Below are positions 1-13,968 of a stretch of DNA of 63,914 nt, one piece after another. Numbering within the stretch: the first letter of the stretch is position 1; each line of letters starts with the position of its first letter. The stretch lies in contig OZ024742.1 in assembly GCA_964016885.1 (NCBI GenBank), positions 318,804,087-318,868,000 on the forward strand, written 5' to 3'. This stretch comes from Eledone cirrhosa. Lineage: Eukaryota. The notes under the pieces are model-generated. The model did not search any database, was not told the origin of the DNA, and saw only the letters and a list, made by a program, of their open reading frames with translations. Position numbers and translations under genes: made by a program.

Positions 1-981
<981 letters not shown>

Positions 982-982
982 A

Positions 983-1068
983 CCACCACCCCACTCTCAA
1001 GAGCGTGAAATTAATAAACATTCGTTGTACTGCCTCTCTGTTTTGTTCCTGTTAAAATTTTCCATAAT
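983..1068 (+). mobile_element. Short dispersed repeat end (probable PLE 3' terminus) in (TA)n
   Basis: ccccactctcaagagcgtgaaa...tgcctctctgttttgtt resembles the reverse complement of 13690-13755, which lies next to a degenerate HHR; flanked by TA tracts. Confidence 0.45.
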
Positions 1069-1081
1069 ATATATATATATA

Positions 1082-2101
1082 TATAAATTAATATTTGATG
1101 AACATTTACATGTTTTAGTTGCAATTGACTAATAAAATCGCTAGAGTGAAAATATCTTAATTCAACAACATAAAGTCTGCCTGTACGATCTAAAAAAATA
1201 ATAAATCAATACTCACAGACTCATATGGGCAAAAAGCCTTGGTACCTAGACACGTTTAAAATTCAAAATACAAACTTTTTCCGCAGATCGGTCAGAACTT
1301 CAAACTTCAAACATGTTTCACAAAGGATGGTATAATAGTAAAATAATTAACTTATTAGCAGTGAGTTAATCAACTTTTTCTGTGTTTATCAATAGGTACC
1401 CAGATAAAATTAAATAATTCCACCTCAGAAAATATCTAAGGTCTGGTTAGCGTAGCGAAAATACACGAGGTTTTGCACACGGCTTATTCCAGTCCTCTAA
1501 CGTCCCACACATAGTGCTAGAAATAACAGCCGTTTATATGGGATTACGAATTCAGCTCACCTGGGGGAGCAGTGATAAATAGCTTAGAGTTTAGACTCAA
1601 TGGGGTCATTTACAATCATTTCAGCTCTAAGAATCGCTTCTGAGCAGTATAAATAAACGCTAACCAGACCTTAGATATTTTTCTGAGGTGGAGTTATTTA
1701 ATTTTATCTGGGTACCTATTGATAAACACAGAAAAAGTTGATTAACTCACTGCTAATTAGTTAATTATTTTACTATTATACCATCCTTTGTGAAACATGT
1801 TTGAAGTTTGAAGTTCTGACCGATCTGCGGAAAAAGTTTGTATTTTGAATTTTAAACGTGTCTAGGTACCAAGGCTTTTTGCCCATATGAGTCTGTGAGT
1901 ATTGATTTATTATTTTTTAGATCGTACAGGCAGACTTTATGTTGTTGAATTAAGATATTTTCACTCTAGCGATTTTATTAGTCAATTGCAACTAAAACAT
2001 GTAAATGTTCATCAAATATTAATTTATACTGCTCAGAAGCGATTCTTAGAGCTGAAATGATTGTAAATGACCCCATTGAGTCTAAACTCTAAGCTATTTA
2101 T
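1082..2101. repeat. Fold-back element with A-x-B-A'B' layout
   Basis: A 1082-1453 is the reverse complement of 1657-2028 (about 372 bp, four differences seen); B 1575-1654 is the reverse complement of 2022-2101; (TA)n on both sides. Confidence 0.92.
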
Positions 2102-2128
2102 ATATATATATATATATATATATTATAA

Positions 2129-2159
<31 letters not shown>

Positions 2160-2272
2160 ATTATAAATATATATATAAATAAATATTATATATTATATAT
2201 ATATTATATATATATATATATTATATATATATATCATATATATATATATTATATATATATATATCATATATA

Positions 2273-2318
<46 letters not shown>
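2102..2318. repeat. (TA)n microsatellite
   Basis: TA tract. Confidence 0.95.
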
Positions 2319-2419
2319 GTAATAATAATAAATTTGAAGACTAAAATCCAAAGAGGGCTCGATAAGGATAAATATATATCAAATATATAAGAACCGTAGA
2401 GCAAATATTTATTAAAATA

Positions 2420-2495
2420 ACAGATTAAAGTTTAAGCAAAGAATCGCTGCTTTCACCCTTAACGGGATCTTCTGAAACTAACAAAGTCAATCTGT
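2420..2495 (-). ncRNA. Variant type I hammerhead-like motif (CAGAAGA core)
   Basis: Minus strand reads acagattga-bulge-agttt CAGAAGA t-ccc gttaa ggg-t GAAA gcag cgattct ttgc TT aaact ttaatctgt; stems I, II and III pair; U4 is replaced by A. Confidence 0.5.
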
Positions 2496-2567
2496 AAACG
2501 CAGAACTGGATATTTCAAAAAACGTTGCAACCGGAGGAAGACAGGAAGACGATACTTTGGTTCGTGG

Positions 2568-2840
2568 TAACGTTCGCTGGCAAAGAACGGGAAAAAACGA
2601 ATAATACGTCATTAATAGGAGCGGTGAAAAACAATTACGCGCAAAGACAGAACCACGTTTATGGTATAAAAGAGGTCGTAGACTAATGTTCTCTTAGGTG
2701 GTGCATAGAGACGTTCTCTGGCAATGAACGAAAAAACGAAGATAATAAGTCGTATGTGGAGCGTGGAGAACAATAGCACGCAAAGACAAAACCACGTAAA
2801 TGGTATAGCAGAAGTCGTAGACTAAAATTCTAACTAGGAG
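2568..2840. repeat. Two diverged ~140-bp direct repeats in the PLE 3' region
   Basis: acgttc.ctggcaa.gaacg...cgcaaagaca.aaccacgt...gtcgtagactaa occurs twice. Confidence 0.8.
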
Positions 2841-3403
2841 ACCAAATGAATCTCCGCTACAGAGTTAAGAACAAAGTAAATAAATACAATACAGAAGTAA
2901 TAAATAAATACATACACGCAAACAAAAACGTACATACACAAGCATACGCAAAACCTTACCATAGGTATACAAAACCACGCACATATAAATATGTGTGTGT
3001 GTATGCGTGTATACAAATAAATAAATAATTATATAAACGTATATAAATAAATAAATAAATACGTATATAACAAGCGCACACACATACCTACATATAAATA
3101 CACGAATGTTCGGAGGCGTAAGTCAACTAAAACAAGAAGTACACATATACACACACCCACCATACGTACGAACCTACATAATCACACAGACGCAAAAACT
3201 CCCGTATACACATAGCCAAACCCTATGTACCAGATTATATAAAATTATACGCCATAGCAATCAAATATACGTACGAGAAGGTATACGTACCTTCACAAAA
3301 CATACGGGTAGTATATACTTACCTATGCAAATAAGTAAAGGAATAAACAAAACATATACTTAGCCCCCACATCAAGACGTAAAATATCCACGTATAGATC
3401 GTA

Positions 3404-5532
3404 CTATCCGTTAGGGTATAACGTGGGGCTGTAATACAGGAAAGTTTTGTGCAATTTATGTTTACAAGCCGAAATTGCCTCAGATATTTTGTTTAAGATA
3501 TGATCTGCAGCGTAGAGTATTTCCAGGGCCTCAGCGGCGCAGAGGTCACATGGTCTTTTATTTCCGTTATACGATCTAGCTCTAGCTATGATCTCCCAGT
3601 GTAACTTATATTGGGTGTGGTTGTCTTTTAGACTCCAGATATAAGCTGAAAGTGACGTCATATTCCTTCTTAGAGGGTAACGAAAAGAATGGGTATGCAT
3701 GTAAAGATGCTGCTTGAAACTATTGGCGGTTAACCCTATGTAGGCCCTACGGGACGTGGGTGTTACAACCTTACATTTGTAGACAATGCTACTAGAGAGG
3801 CATTTCCCGGATAGGGGGCAATCAGCCCGATTCCTACAATTACAGTTAGTACTAACTACAGGGTTGCACGTGTTCCTACGGCTAGGTAGTTTAGCTAAAT
3901 TTGAAGCTGTGATGTTATGTGCAAGGTTAGGAGTCGTAGAGTAAGAAATTTTAATAGTATTTCTATTAAAAATTTTACTATATTTATGTGTAGGGGGAAA
4001 ATGCTTCGTAATAAGGGAAAGAAAGATCTTAGCTAATGGTGTGGCCACCTCCATATTATATGGTGGGTTACACCAACAAATGCGACGGGATCTATTTCTT
4101 CTAGGTCTATTTTCGTACTCTGTATATGCTACCTTATCGACAAATCCACTTCGAACAAGAGCTTCATTGTAATAAGTGGAATGGTCGTTGAAAATACGCT
4201 CGTTGGTGGAAAAACGGGAAAGCCTCAACGAAACGTTTCTTACCAGGTTCTTGGTTATGCTGGCAGGATGGTTGGAATGCTTACTTATGTAATTAAGCAT
4301 ATCATTCGGCTTTCTATACGGGTAATACAACCCATTCAATAAATTGAGGGTAACGTCGAGGTAATTAACGACCGAGAGATTGGCCTCAACCTGTATAGAG
4401 AGGTTGAAGCCTTTAAAGAAGGCTGTGAGTTCTTTTCTGAACCTGTCGCAAGCACGAGGTCCGCACTTAGTCATGGTCAAAAGACCATCGTCACGGTACA
4501 AACCACCGCCCGCGTTGGGAATTCGTCCTTGATAGAGAAAAGAAGGAAAAGGCCAATAAGATCAGTAACCTCCGCAGAGTCACTGGCGCCCATACTCACG
4601 TCGTATGGGGTACTATTGGATATTTTAATCCAAATAGAGTCGTCGAAATTAATCACCGACTTTCGAGCATTGAGGATGACATCAACTTCGAAATCCTTAA
4701 CCACTGTGAGTGTTTTAGCGAAATTGATAGCTCTAAGGAGAAGTGGTAAAGTGATGGAGGAGTAGTAATTGTTGATGTCGAATTGGATAAAACGGCAATG
4801 TTCCTTGTTACATATGCCGTTGAACCAATCAATCACCGCGAAAGAATTGTTCCACAGTGCAAGAGGGGCCAAACTTCTAATTTCAGGTATAATTCTATCA
4901 AGAATCGTTTTACTAAGTCTACCTAAATCGGACTTCGTAGGGTTAATAAGCCGAATAGGGGGGTTGTTAGGAAAATTGGATTTGTGATCCTTCAGGGTAA
5001 AGTGGGGAGAAATAGGGTCCAGAGGTTCGGTCCGGTCCAGGATGTTGAGATCAGATGTGATTTTAAACCCAGCATCGTTGATTTCATTGATGACGCACCG
5101 ATTAGTTTTACGGTAATCCTTAGTTACAGCATTATGTAGTAGTTGATGGTAAGTACTGCGCTCCACTTGATATAGGTTGCCAGTTTTGTCGGAATGGACG
5201 TGCACGGCGTTAGAATCCTTAATAGAACGAATTCTATTCTTCAGGACTTGCTGGAAGGAATTGCTCCTATTCCGAAATTTGATACTCCGAATGAGTTCCA
5301 AGACATCATTTTCGAAGGGTAGCAATGCTGGGTTCCACGGGGGGTTATTATAGGTTTTAAATCCAAATTTATCCTGTTTGTTGTCTGCTTTTCGCGGATT
5401 ATCGAAATAAAAGGCACGCCAACGCAACCTTTTAATGAACGCGTCTGTTTTCTGTATCAGGAGTTTTAGGTATGTTTTCCTGCTTGGTACGGGTATGTTC
5501 TTTGTAGAAATATTCAGATGTTGTTTCTGCAT
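3404..5532 (-). pseudogene. Penelope-like reverse transcriptase plus GIY-YIG endonuclease (~710 aa), one frameshift near 4517-4519
   Basis: N-terminus KNIPVPS..FIKRLRWRAF; RT motifs PPIRLINP, FIQFDINNYYSSI, MGASDSAEVTDLIGL, YRDDGL, NYLDVTL; linker CNCRNRADCPLSGKC; endonuclease IVYKC..AYIGLT, CDLCAAE. Confidence 0.93.
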
Positions 5533-5559
5533 GATGAATATAAGTCAGTAGAGTGCTCT

Positions 5560-5850
5560 ATATACATATATGCACATATATACACATATAAACACACATA
5601 TATATATATACACATGTATGTACACATACATACACATATATATATACCTATATATTATATATATCCTGTATATTTATATAGACACACATATACATACATA
5701 CATATATATATATGATATATATATTTGTACACTCACATATGTGCGTGTGCATATGTTTATATATATGATATACTAGTATGTATGTATCAACGTATGTATG
5801 CATGTATGCATGCATGTATGTGTAAGTGTTTGTATGCATATGCATACATC
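5560..5850. repeat. Mixed TA/CA/TATG microsatellite
   Basis: Low-complexity tract. Confidence 0.85.
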
Positions 5851-6098
5851 TTTGCGTGTAAACAGTGCTCATACAAAATATGACGTCATTATATTCAACC
5901 ACAAACATTCCCGGCAGCTTCGTTTCAGCCATAAATAGGAATTTTGCAGCCAGAATAAAAAGCAGAGTTTTTTTTATCTATTCTCATACGTGGGTGTCAT
6001 TAATAGGGCCGTCCTTCCTATAACGATGCGCTAGCTAAAAACTGTAAGTCCAGAGTAACTCCAAGAAAAGATAACATGGTTTCAAATTTAAATTATAT

Positions 6099-6293
6099 CA
6101 GACCTGTCAACTCTCACTGTCCTACGGGGAGATCTCCCACCCACTTTGGGGTGGGTGAGAGATGTCTTCTCTTGTGAAAATGGGTATAGCTTTCATTATG
6201 TAAAATATCCCAATTTTGCCTCATTTCTCCCAGTTGTGAGGCATTTCTTTTCATGGTATTCCATGTTTGGGTTTTTAGAGGTTATCAGGTCTG
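6099..6293. mobile_element. MITE with CAGACCTG termini
   Basis: cagacctgtcaact ... ggttatcaggtctg; ttatat directly repeated on both flanks. Confidence 0.6.
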
Positions 6294-6737
6294 TTATATG
6301 GTAGTTTTAACTTTATAATTTAAATATCATGAACTTAGCCAGGAACTGTGTAGCTCAAAATAGGACAACACTTCCCACCAACACACAAATACAATAATCC
6401 TTTCGACTTTCATAACGCTAATGTCAGTTTGACCTGTCAGGACAACCTTGCTTCCAATATTACAGACTACAACGGAAAGTACATTCGTACAAAGTAATTA
6501 CTGCAACAGCCAACTTGTAACTATCGGAATCACTCTATCCACCTACTCATGGATCCTAACTTTCCAAAGTAATGATATATTTAATATTTACATCCCTAGA
6601 TGGTATCGACAGATATATCACGAGATTTACTACAGATATTTCTTGCATTATTGAGTGTATTGAGACTACCTCAAATAATTGGACGTGAGTTGCCGTAATG
6701 CAATTACAACTCGATGAATCACATTATAAGTATGTCG

Positions 6738-6953
6738 GGCGGTGGATTAGCAGTATCGGTAGGGTGCCGGACACCATGCTTTGTGGCATAGAGTTACGGC
6801 TCTTTACGTTCTGAGTTCAAATTCCACAGAAGTTAGCTTTGCCTTTCATCCTTTTGGGGTCGACAAGATAAAACACCAGTAATGCACTGGGATTAATCCA
6901 ATCGATTTTCCCTCCCACCAAAAATTGCTGGCCTTGTGCCTATAGTAGAAACA
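6738..6953 (+). mobile_element. tRNA-derived SINE family 1
   Basis: ggcggtggattagcag head, gagttcaaat B-box, gcctttcatccttttggggtcga body, gctggccttgtgcc tail; more than 12 copies in the window. Confidence 0.85.
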
Positions 6954-7218
6954 AGTGTTTGTATGTATGTATCCATACATAGCTTTTACTTAGCTTTTAT
7001 GAACCAACTGAATGTCGGTCAAACGAATACTTCGGTCGATATATTCATGTTGAGGCATTACTAAACTCAAATTACAAGATATGATTTCAAAATTAATCCA
7101 AGAATCATTGGAGTTTGAAATCCTTACCAAGCAGATGATAGAAAGGCGTGTTAAATGTGGAAAATCGTCGAGAATGAAATCAAATCTAACCTTCTATGAA
7201 AATAAACTTCTTCAAGTT

Positions 7219-7262
<44 letters not shown>

Positions 7263-7844
7263 TTTTGCTAAAATGAATATCCAGTTCTCCTGCATATGAA
7301 CGGTCTCATGCATCCCATTGCACACATACAGTCACAGAAATACGTGTTGTTTTAGCCTAAAACCAACCCTAAGCAAGCAAACCAAAGATAATTTGTTGTT
7401 GCTCGACAAGCTGAAGATCGCAAGTTGTTTAAGTATCGGCCTCTTCAGTAGGTTTGTCGTTGAAGCTAGAGCGGTGGCGACTCCTGGTGGCATTTTGTGT
7501 CCCTCCCTTTTCGCTGCTATCAAGGCGAAGTTGGCCTCCCGCAGAATTGCGCTGCGAGTTGGAATTCCTCTTTTTACGTGTTCTCCTCACTATCCTCCGA
7601 GGTAACACTTTCTCTATTCTGTCTTCTGTGACCTCGTGGTCCCAAATGTTCTACGCCAGAGGTTCTGCGCGTTAGAGAGACAGAACGGACGAACGGGGGA
7701 GGTGGAGGTGTTGAGAACTTTTCGTCGACTACTTCGTAATGTTACCGTAGACCATTACATCACATACTTGCATACACTCTTAGACTACACACTTGACTAG
7801 CATTCAATTTATATATTAAATAATTTCATTATTATTATTATTGC

Positions 7845-7945
7845 CATTGCGCACTTTTACTCCACCTTATTGTAAACCCCCACTGTCCCTGTCTTTGTAT
7901 TGTCCCCCTACATGTCGGCCCTTGTGGCCAATAAATAAAATCATT
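7845..7945 (+). mobile_element. Probable LINE 3' end fragment
   Basis: tgtaaacccccactgt...ttgtcccc...cccttgtggccaataaa resembles the reverse complement of 15226-15300. Confidence 0.4.
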
Positions 7946-7961
7946 ATTATCATTATAATTA

Positions 7962-8152
7962 GGGCGGTGGATTGGCAGTATCAGTAGGTAGAGGGTCGGA
8001 CGCCATGCTTTGACGCATAGAGTTACGGCCCTTGCCATTCTGAGTTCAAATCCCGCCGAGGCTAACTTTGCCTTTCATCCTTACAGGGTCGATAAAATAA
8101 AGTACCAGTAATACACTGGGTAATTGCTGGCCTTGTGCCAAAAGTAGAAACA
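7962..8152 (+). mobile_element. tRNA-derived SINE family 1
   Basis: Same head, body and tail as 6738-6953. Confidence 0.85.
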
Positions 8153-8756
8153 ATTATTATCATTATAAGATTTGCGAAAGAAACAAAGCAAACAGACTTA
8201 TCATCAAAGCAGTGGTATAGCTAGAGTTTGTTCCGCTCGTTGGCAGTAATACAAATAATTCAAATAATGGAATACATTTTATTATGTTGGCTAGAAGAGA
8301 ACTATAACGTTAGATTTTCTCTCCTTCCTCGTGACAAAATTTATTCCACTATTTAAATTCTTTGGTCACTGTTTGGCTACGTAAATCATCATTAGTTTCC
8401 TCGGATTCCATATAAAGTACACAGATATATAGAAAGACAGACATATTTATTGATGAATGGCTATATAAATAGATGTTTAAAAAATATGTAGATAAATGGA
8501 CAATCTGATATATTGATTAATAGATATATATAGAGAGAGATAACAAAACAATAATTAGATTTTGTGACGACAGCGACGATGAACATTCCATTAGTACAAT
8601 CAATGAAGTTATCTACTAATTGTATTGTAGTGTAATTGGTGGAGTATTCCACAGACATTTGTACTTAAAACATAATTTCCATGTAGAATCAACATGACAT
8701 TACGTAGCATGACAGGCCTGGCTGTTTCAATTACAAGTGTAGTCAGAGCTGGCGCC

Positions 8757-9105
8757 AGGGTATTTAACGCCCTATGCTAGCTCTACAATGTGTGCCTGGG
8801 TATTTAACGCCCTATGCTAGCTCTACAACGTGTGCCTGTGTATTTAACACCCTATGCTAGCCTTGCAATGTGTGTCTGGGTATTTAACGCCCTAGGCTTG
8901 CTCTACAATGTGTGCCTTGGTATTTAGCGCCCTAGGCAGGCTCTACAATGTGTCTGAATATTTGACGCCTTAGGCTAGCATTACAATATGTGTCTGAACG
9001 AAATAGGCAAGCTCTACAATATGTACCTGGGAATATAATTACTAAGCTAGCATTACAATGTGTGTCTGGATATTTAACGCCCTCGGCTATCTCTACGATG
9101 TGTAC
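8757..9105. repeat. 40-bp minisatellite (~8-9 copies), possibly inside a degenerate MITE
   Basis: Unit gggtatttaacgccctatgctagctctacaatgtgtgcct. Confidence 0.88.
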
Positions 9106-9479
9106 CCGATTCTCACAAAAAATAATTTCAGCTTTTAAGTTGACGAACCTACTTTGTGACACTTTTTGCACTGACCACATTAAGAAAATTACTGATCCTC
9201 CAATTTCTACTACACAGTCCATACTCACCTACGGTACGACAGGTCATAATACCACACGGCCCTCTCCACAGCTTTCGATATTTCTATATAGCTGCTACAT
9301 GGCAAAGATGTTTAGCGATTTATCTATTGATCGCACGAAACTATTATATATTGAATTTAATTAGAGAGAATTTCATAAAACTGTAATCCTTTAAGGTTCG
9401 GTGATGCGCTTCTTTGAGGTCTGCGCCCTATAGGTGGTTGCTTAGTTGACCTTAGTGGTAGACTCTGGGTAAAGTCAAT

Positions 9480-9647
9480 CCGACAGGCTTCCATACATTT
9501 TTCGTCTGCCCGGTTTCAATCATAAGACATGAATATGCCAAAGGCTATGGTGGGAATTACTTGTTCAACATGCTGAACAGTAGGGTCAACTCGGGACCTC
9601 AAGAGTGTGAAACGAATTCCTTAATCATTCGGCCATATCTACGCCTA
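9480..9647 (-). mobile_element. Degenerate tRNA-derived SINE (OR2/CORE-like)
   Basis: Minus strand ggcgtagatatggccgaatgattaagg head followed by atagccttgg...cagacgaaaa. Confidence 0.5.
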
Positions 9648-9693
9648 TACAGAGAGGTATACAGATAGATAGAAAGGTAGATAGCTAATTCTA

Positions 9694-9975
9694 AAGTCTG
9701 TCTTAAGCCATTTAAAGCTCGTTAGGCCGGTGCTTATCCCGGTTTCATGATGTGAAGTGGCTGAGAGTATAAGACTTCCCCCTGGACAGGACGCCAGTCC
9801 ATCGCAAGGTTAAAACCCCAGCTATTGCTAATACTCATTTTCAGCTGAGTATACTGGAGCAACGTGAAATGAAGTGTTTTGCTCAAGAACATAACACACA
9901 ACCCAGCCCAGGAATCGAACCCACGACATTATGATCGTAAGTCCAACACCCTTACCACTAGGCTACGCGCCTTCA
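9694..9975 (-). mobile_element. tRNA-derived SINE family 2
   Basis: Minus strand gaaggcgcgtagcctagtggtaagg...ggttcgattcc B-box, ttcttgagcaaaacacttca, ggactggcgtcctgtccaggg; partial copy at 10083-10160. Confidence 0.85.
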
Positions 9976-10332
9976 CGAAGAAAAGAGCATATTAAATATG
10001 TATCTTTCTTTTAATGCATTGTGACTTGATTTATTTTCCACATGACATTCTGTTATATGTATATATTCATGCACCTATGTATGTTTTGCTCAAGAACACA
10101 ACACGCAACCCAGCCCAGGAATCGAACCCATGACATTATGATCATAAGTCCAACACCCTTACCACTAGGCCATACGCCACCACACAACATAGCTAATTAT
10201 TCATATGAAAATAATATATTTGATTTTAATGGGGATTACAGTCTTCTCCAATTAGAACCAATCCCTCCCACTAATTAACCATTATTCACAGTTTACTATA
10301 ACAGAACTAGTAATAAATTACATCAATGATTT

Positions 10333-10351
10333 ATATATGTATATATGTATA

Positions 10352-10387
<36 letters not shown>

Positions 10388-10982
10388 TGTATGTATGTAT
10401 GTACGTATGTATCTGTGTATGTATGTGTGCAGGCGTGTGTGAATATATATATATGTATGTATGTATGAATGTATATATGCATGTGTGTGTGTATATAAGT
10501 ATGTATGTATGTGTATATGTATGTATATATCTATGTATACATGCATGTGTGTTTATATGTATGTATGTAAATGCCAGGCTCTCAGAACTTAAGGAACTGT
10601 GTAAATAACTATACCCAACTATAAACATTTTTTTAAAAAACAAGGATTCGTGTCCCTGGTAGAGTCAAAAGCATCTGTGTCCCTGTGTGTGTGTGTGCGT
10701 ATGAGTGTGTCTATATGTGAGCGCATTCGTATCTGTATGTGTTGTACGTTCACACACATACACGCACGTACACGCACGTTGTACGCACACATACACAGAG
10801 ATACACATGCATGCACACATTCACACATACACGCGTGTACACACACGTTGTACGCACATATACAGATATACACGCATGCACACGTTGTACGCACACACAC
10901 ACACTTACACACATACACGCACGCACGCACACTGAGTGTACACATACACAGAGATACACACGCATACACACATACAGGCGTG

Positions 10983-11046
<64 letters not shown>

Positions 11047-11364
11047 CATAAACAAAAAAGTGCGCGTGTTCTTATGTTCTTAATCTTTAAAAAAATAATT
11101 GAAATATGGCATTTAATGTTATGTACATTCTCTCTCTCTCTCTCTCTCTTGCAAAGCAATGTGTAGTGACAGCGTTCACAACCACACTCCTCTTACTGCA
11201 CAACACAGACACGCATGCATACATATATACAGATATACACGCGCACACACACACACACACATGCATACACACATATATAAGTACACATACATACACATAC
11301 ATGCATACAAACATATATATATACACACATACATACACACACATATTACACATATACATACATG
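10333..11364. repeat. Compound TATG/CA/TC microsatellites
   Basis: Includes a pure (CA)n at 10990-11043. Confidence 0.92.
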
Positions 11365-11643
11365 CAGGGGTCTCGTTTGCCTTAAAAATGTGAGAGGAAC
11401 AAACCAACATTTGTTGATTCTTAAAGGGGCATAAACTGCTTATGGTGTCTTTCCCAGACCCTATCACATAAGTAAATTTTACGCTAATTAAATTTTATAT
11501 ATTCAAATGAAGTTCAGATATAAAAGAATAAGCTTATAAAGAATTTATTATATCAAATAAACAAAAAATAAAATACAGACGTTTGAAAAAAAAAGGGGGG
11601 GGGGGGGCTTGTCCCCTGGTACGCCCCTAAAACAAGGCCCTTG
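11365..11643. mobile_element. hAT-type MITE
   Basis: TIR caggggtctcgttt / aaacaaggcccttg; 8-bp TSD catacatg at 11357-11364 and 11644-11651. Confidence 0.75.
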
Positions 11644-11920
11644 CATACATGCATATATACACACACTCATAACATATGTATGTATAAATATGTATGAAAA
11701 TAAGAGTTGTTACGGCTGTGATAAGTGTATCAGTTGCGGCGCTAAATTCCTGTCGAACCGAAACATCAACTGGGCTTCAATTCCCAATAGGAGAAATTTC
11801 AGTTGAGAAACACAGACACATAATTTGTTTTCTCTTATAAATCTAAGCCAGGGATTACCAAACCTTTTTGACTATAGCTCCCTACATGACACCTTTCGCT
11901 CCACATTGATCTTTAATAAA

Positions 11921-12137
11921 GGAACGATCGACTTTCGTCAGATCGGACCGAGGAAACAACGTTTCCATTCGTCTTTCCAATTGCTAATACTATCTATCGG
12001 TTGCAACTCCAGATATTAGGAGCAACGTGAAATAAAGTGTCTTGCTCAAGGACATAACGCATTGTTCGGTACGGGAATCGAACTCACAACCTCACGATTG
12101 CAAATCCAATTCTCTAACCACTCAGCCACACGCTTTC
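11921..12137 (-). mobile_element. SINE family 2 variant with a different tail
   Basis: Closely matches 53431-53647. Confidence 0.8.
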
Positions 12138-12707
12138 ACAAATCTCTGGCAAACACAAAAAATATCCAATCCAATCCAGTCCATGGCTTTCTCGCTTCTG
12201 TTGGGGGAATCCCTCCTTGGTTGACCTCCACCATTTTGGTTTTGGTCATGTCTTCAGGGATGTAGTCGTACTGACTAGCTTTGCCAACGGCGAGTTGGTG
12301 AGGCTATTTAATTTAACCCAAAGTTAATATATAAATAAATAAATGATTAAATAATAGAATAAATAAATAAATCAGTAAACAATATAAAATATGTAGGAAT
12401 TAAAAACTAATTATATATAAATTTGAGCGACTTCCGTCCGTCACACAATGTGTGTGTGTGTATGAGGTGGGTGTAAAAGGAAGGAAGGGGATGGTGAAAA
12501 AACTATAGCAAACAGTGGCTAGCGTTCCATTTCTACGCTGTGTATGAGTGTATGTGTATATGTGTCTTTGTGTAAATGTATGTGTGGGTGTTTGTGTGAA
12601 TGTACGTGTATTTGTGTGAATGTATGTCTGTGAGTGTGTATTTTTGTAAGTGTGTCTGTGTTTGCGTGTTTATATACTAATACATATAAATGTATGCATA
12701 TGCACAG

Positions 12708-12744
<37 letters not shown>

Positions 12745-13758
12745 CACATACGCGTCAGCGTGTGGAAAAAATTTCTAGTTATATATAAACCAGAAATCTG
12801 TATAAGCAAATTAAATTCTATTACATTATTTTATGTATTTTCATTTCTGTTGCAACTGTCCGGTTTGGGCTCCAAAATTCAATCGAAATCCTAAATAGTC
12901 CTGTAGCAGTAATTTGAACTCTTATGCTGATGTTAGCAAAGTAGGTCAGTGTTTCCTCATATACTGACCCCTGGGCAACACGATGTTCATTTTTTCTTTC
13001 TTTTGAATTATTGGCGCTAGTTAGTCTGGAGAAACTATCCAAATGAAGGTTATTCAAGATAACACATTCTGCTCTCGTCTCTCAAAGGAGACACCAAAAA
13101 AATAGTTGGTTTTCAGCAAGCAGAGATGTAGCGCCCAGCCACACACTCTGGCCCTCTCGACAAAGGGCCCATCTCAACAAAGGTCAGTCCACATATCACT
13201 GTAAATAATATCTTTATAAAATACATCACACCAACATAAGCCTTGTTTTCTCATATTGTCAACAATATCCTCGTAGCAGGTTATTAAATTGATAAATATA
13301 TTTAAGTAGTGATTTGGTTTTTATACCATTACCTATTTGATCAGGGTAAATCACTTACCCAAGGAATTATCACATCATCATCATCATCATCATAGTGAAC
13401 ACTGTAGCTCACTTGCATACCCGCACACTGTATCAGGCATATCAATCTCCTTCGCATACACTCTACAAAAACATGACCACATCAAAAAGCAATCCACAGT
13501 TGAACAACGAACCACGATACCAACTAACGTCGTCAATTCTTCACTCGCTACAATCCAAATAACATTTATTGCTACAGTCCCATCAACCACATTGGAGTGT
13601 CATGCTCTAAGCTACGATTCTCGTGTATATTTATTTTATATTACACATGTCATTCAGTTTAAGCTATTATATATATAGTTAATAAATGAAACAAACAAAA
13701 CACAGGAGGCAATTTTACCCAGTTATATTAGGTTCACGTTTGGTGAAAGTGGGGGAAG

Positions 13759-13794
13759 TTTCAGCGTTTCGGACAGAAGTCTTTCTTCAGGAAA
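13759..13794 (-). ncRNA. Degenerate minimal HHR in a PLE terminal fragment
   Basis: ttttc CTGAAGA aagac ttct gtcc GAAA cg CT gaaa; U16.1 changed to C. Confidence 0.4.
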
Positions 13795-13936
13795 ATTCAG
13801 ATAAGGAGAGAACAGATACGCGGATACATATAAGAGTAGTGAGAGACGGTTAGGGAAGGAAGTTTTTTAAATGGTCAAAGGGGGAGGTGGATGAATTGTC
13901 CGGTTGGGGGGGGGGGGTGAAGTGTTCACACCAGTG

Positions 13937-13963
<27 letters not shown>

Positions 13964-13968
<5 letters not shown>

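Larger units (their letters stand above)
2335..5560 (-). mobile_element. Penelope-like retroelement (C-terminal EN type), ORF plus 3' terminal region ending in (TA)n
   Basis: RT and GIY-YIG ORF; the 3' segment carries an HHR-like fold, and 2411-2610 recurs at 44823-45025; outer boundaries approximate. Confidence 0.85.

Noticed and set aside
2029-2075. HHR-like CAGAAGC...GAAA in segment B'
   Set aside because: Two core mismatches and no stem I pairing.
2067-2390. IY-, HT- and CV-rich ORFs here and throughout the window
   Set aside because: Translations of dinucleotide microsatellites.
7318-7760. GC-richer segment with short ORFs
   Set aside because: May be a retroelement 5' fragment, but no motif allows an assignment.
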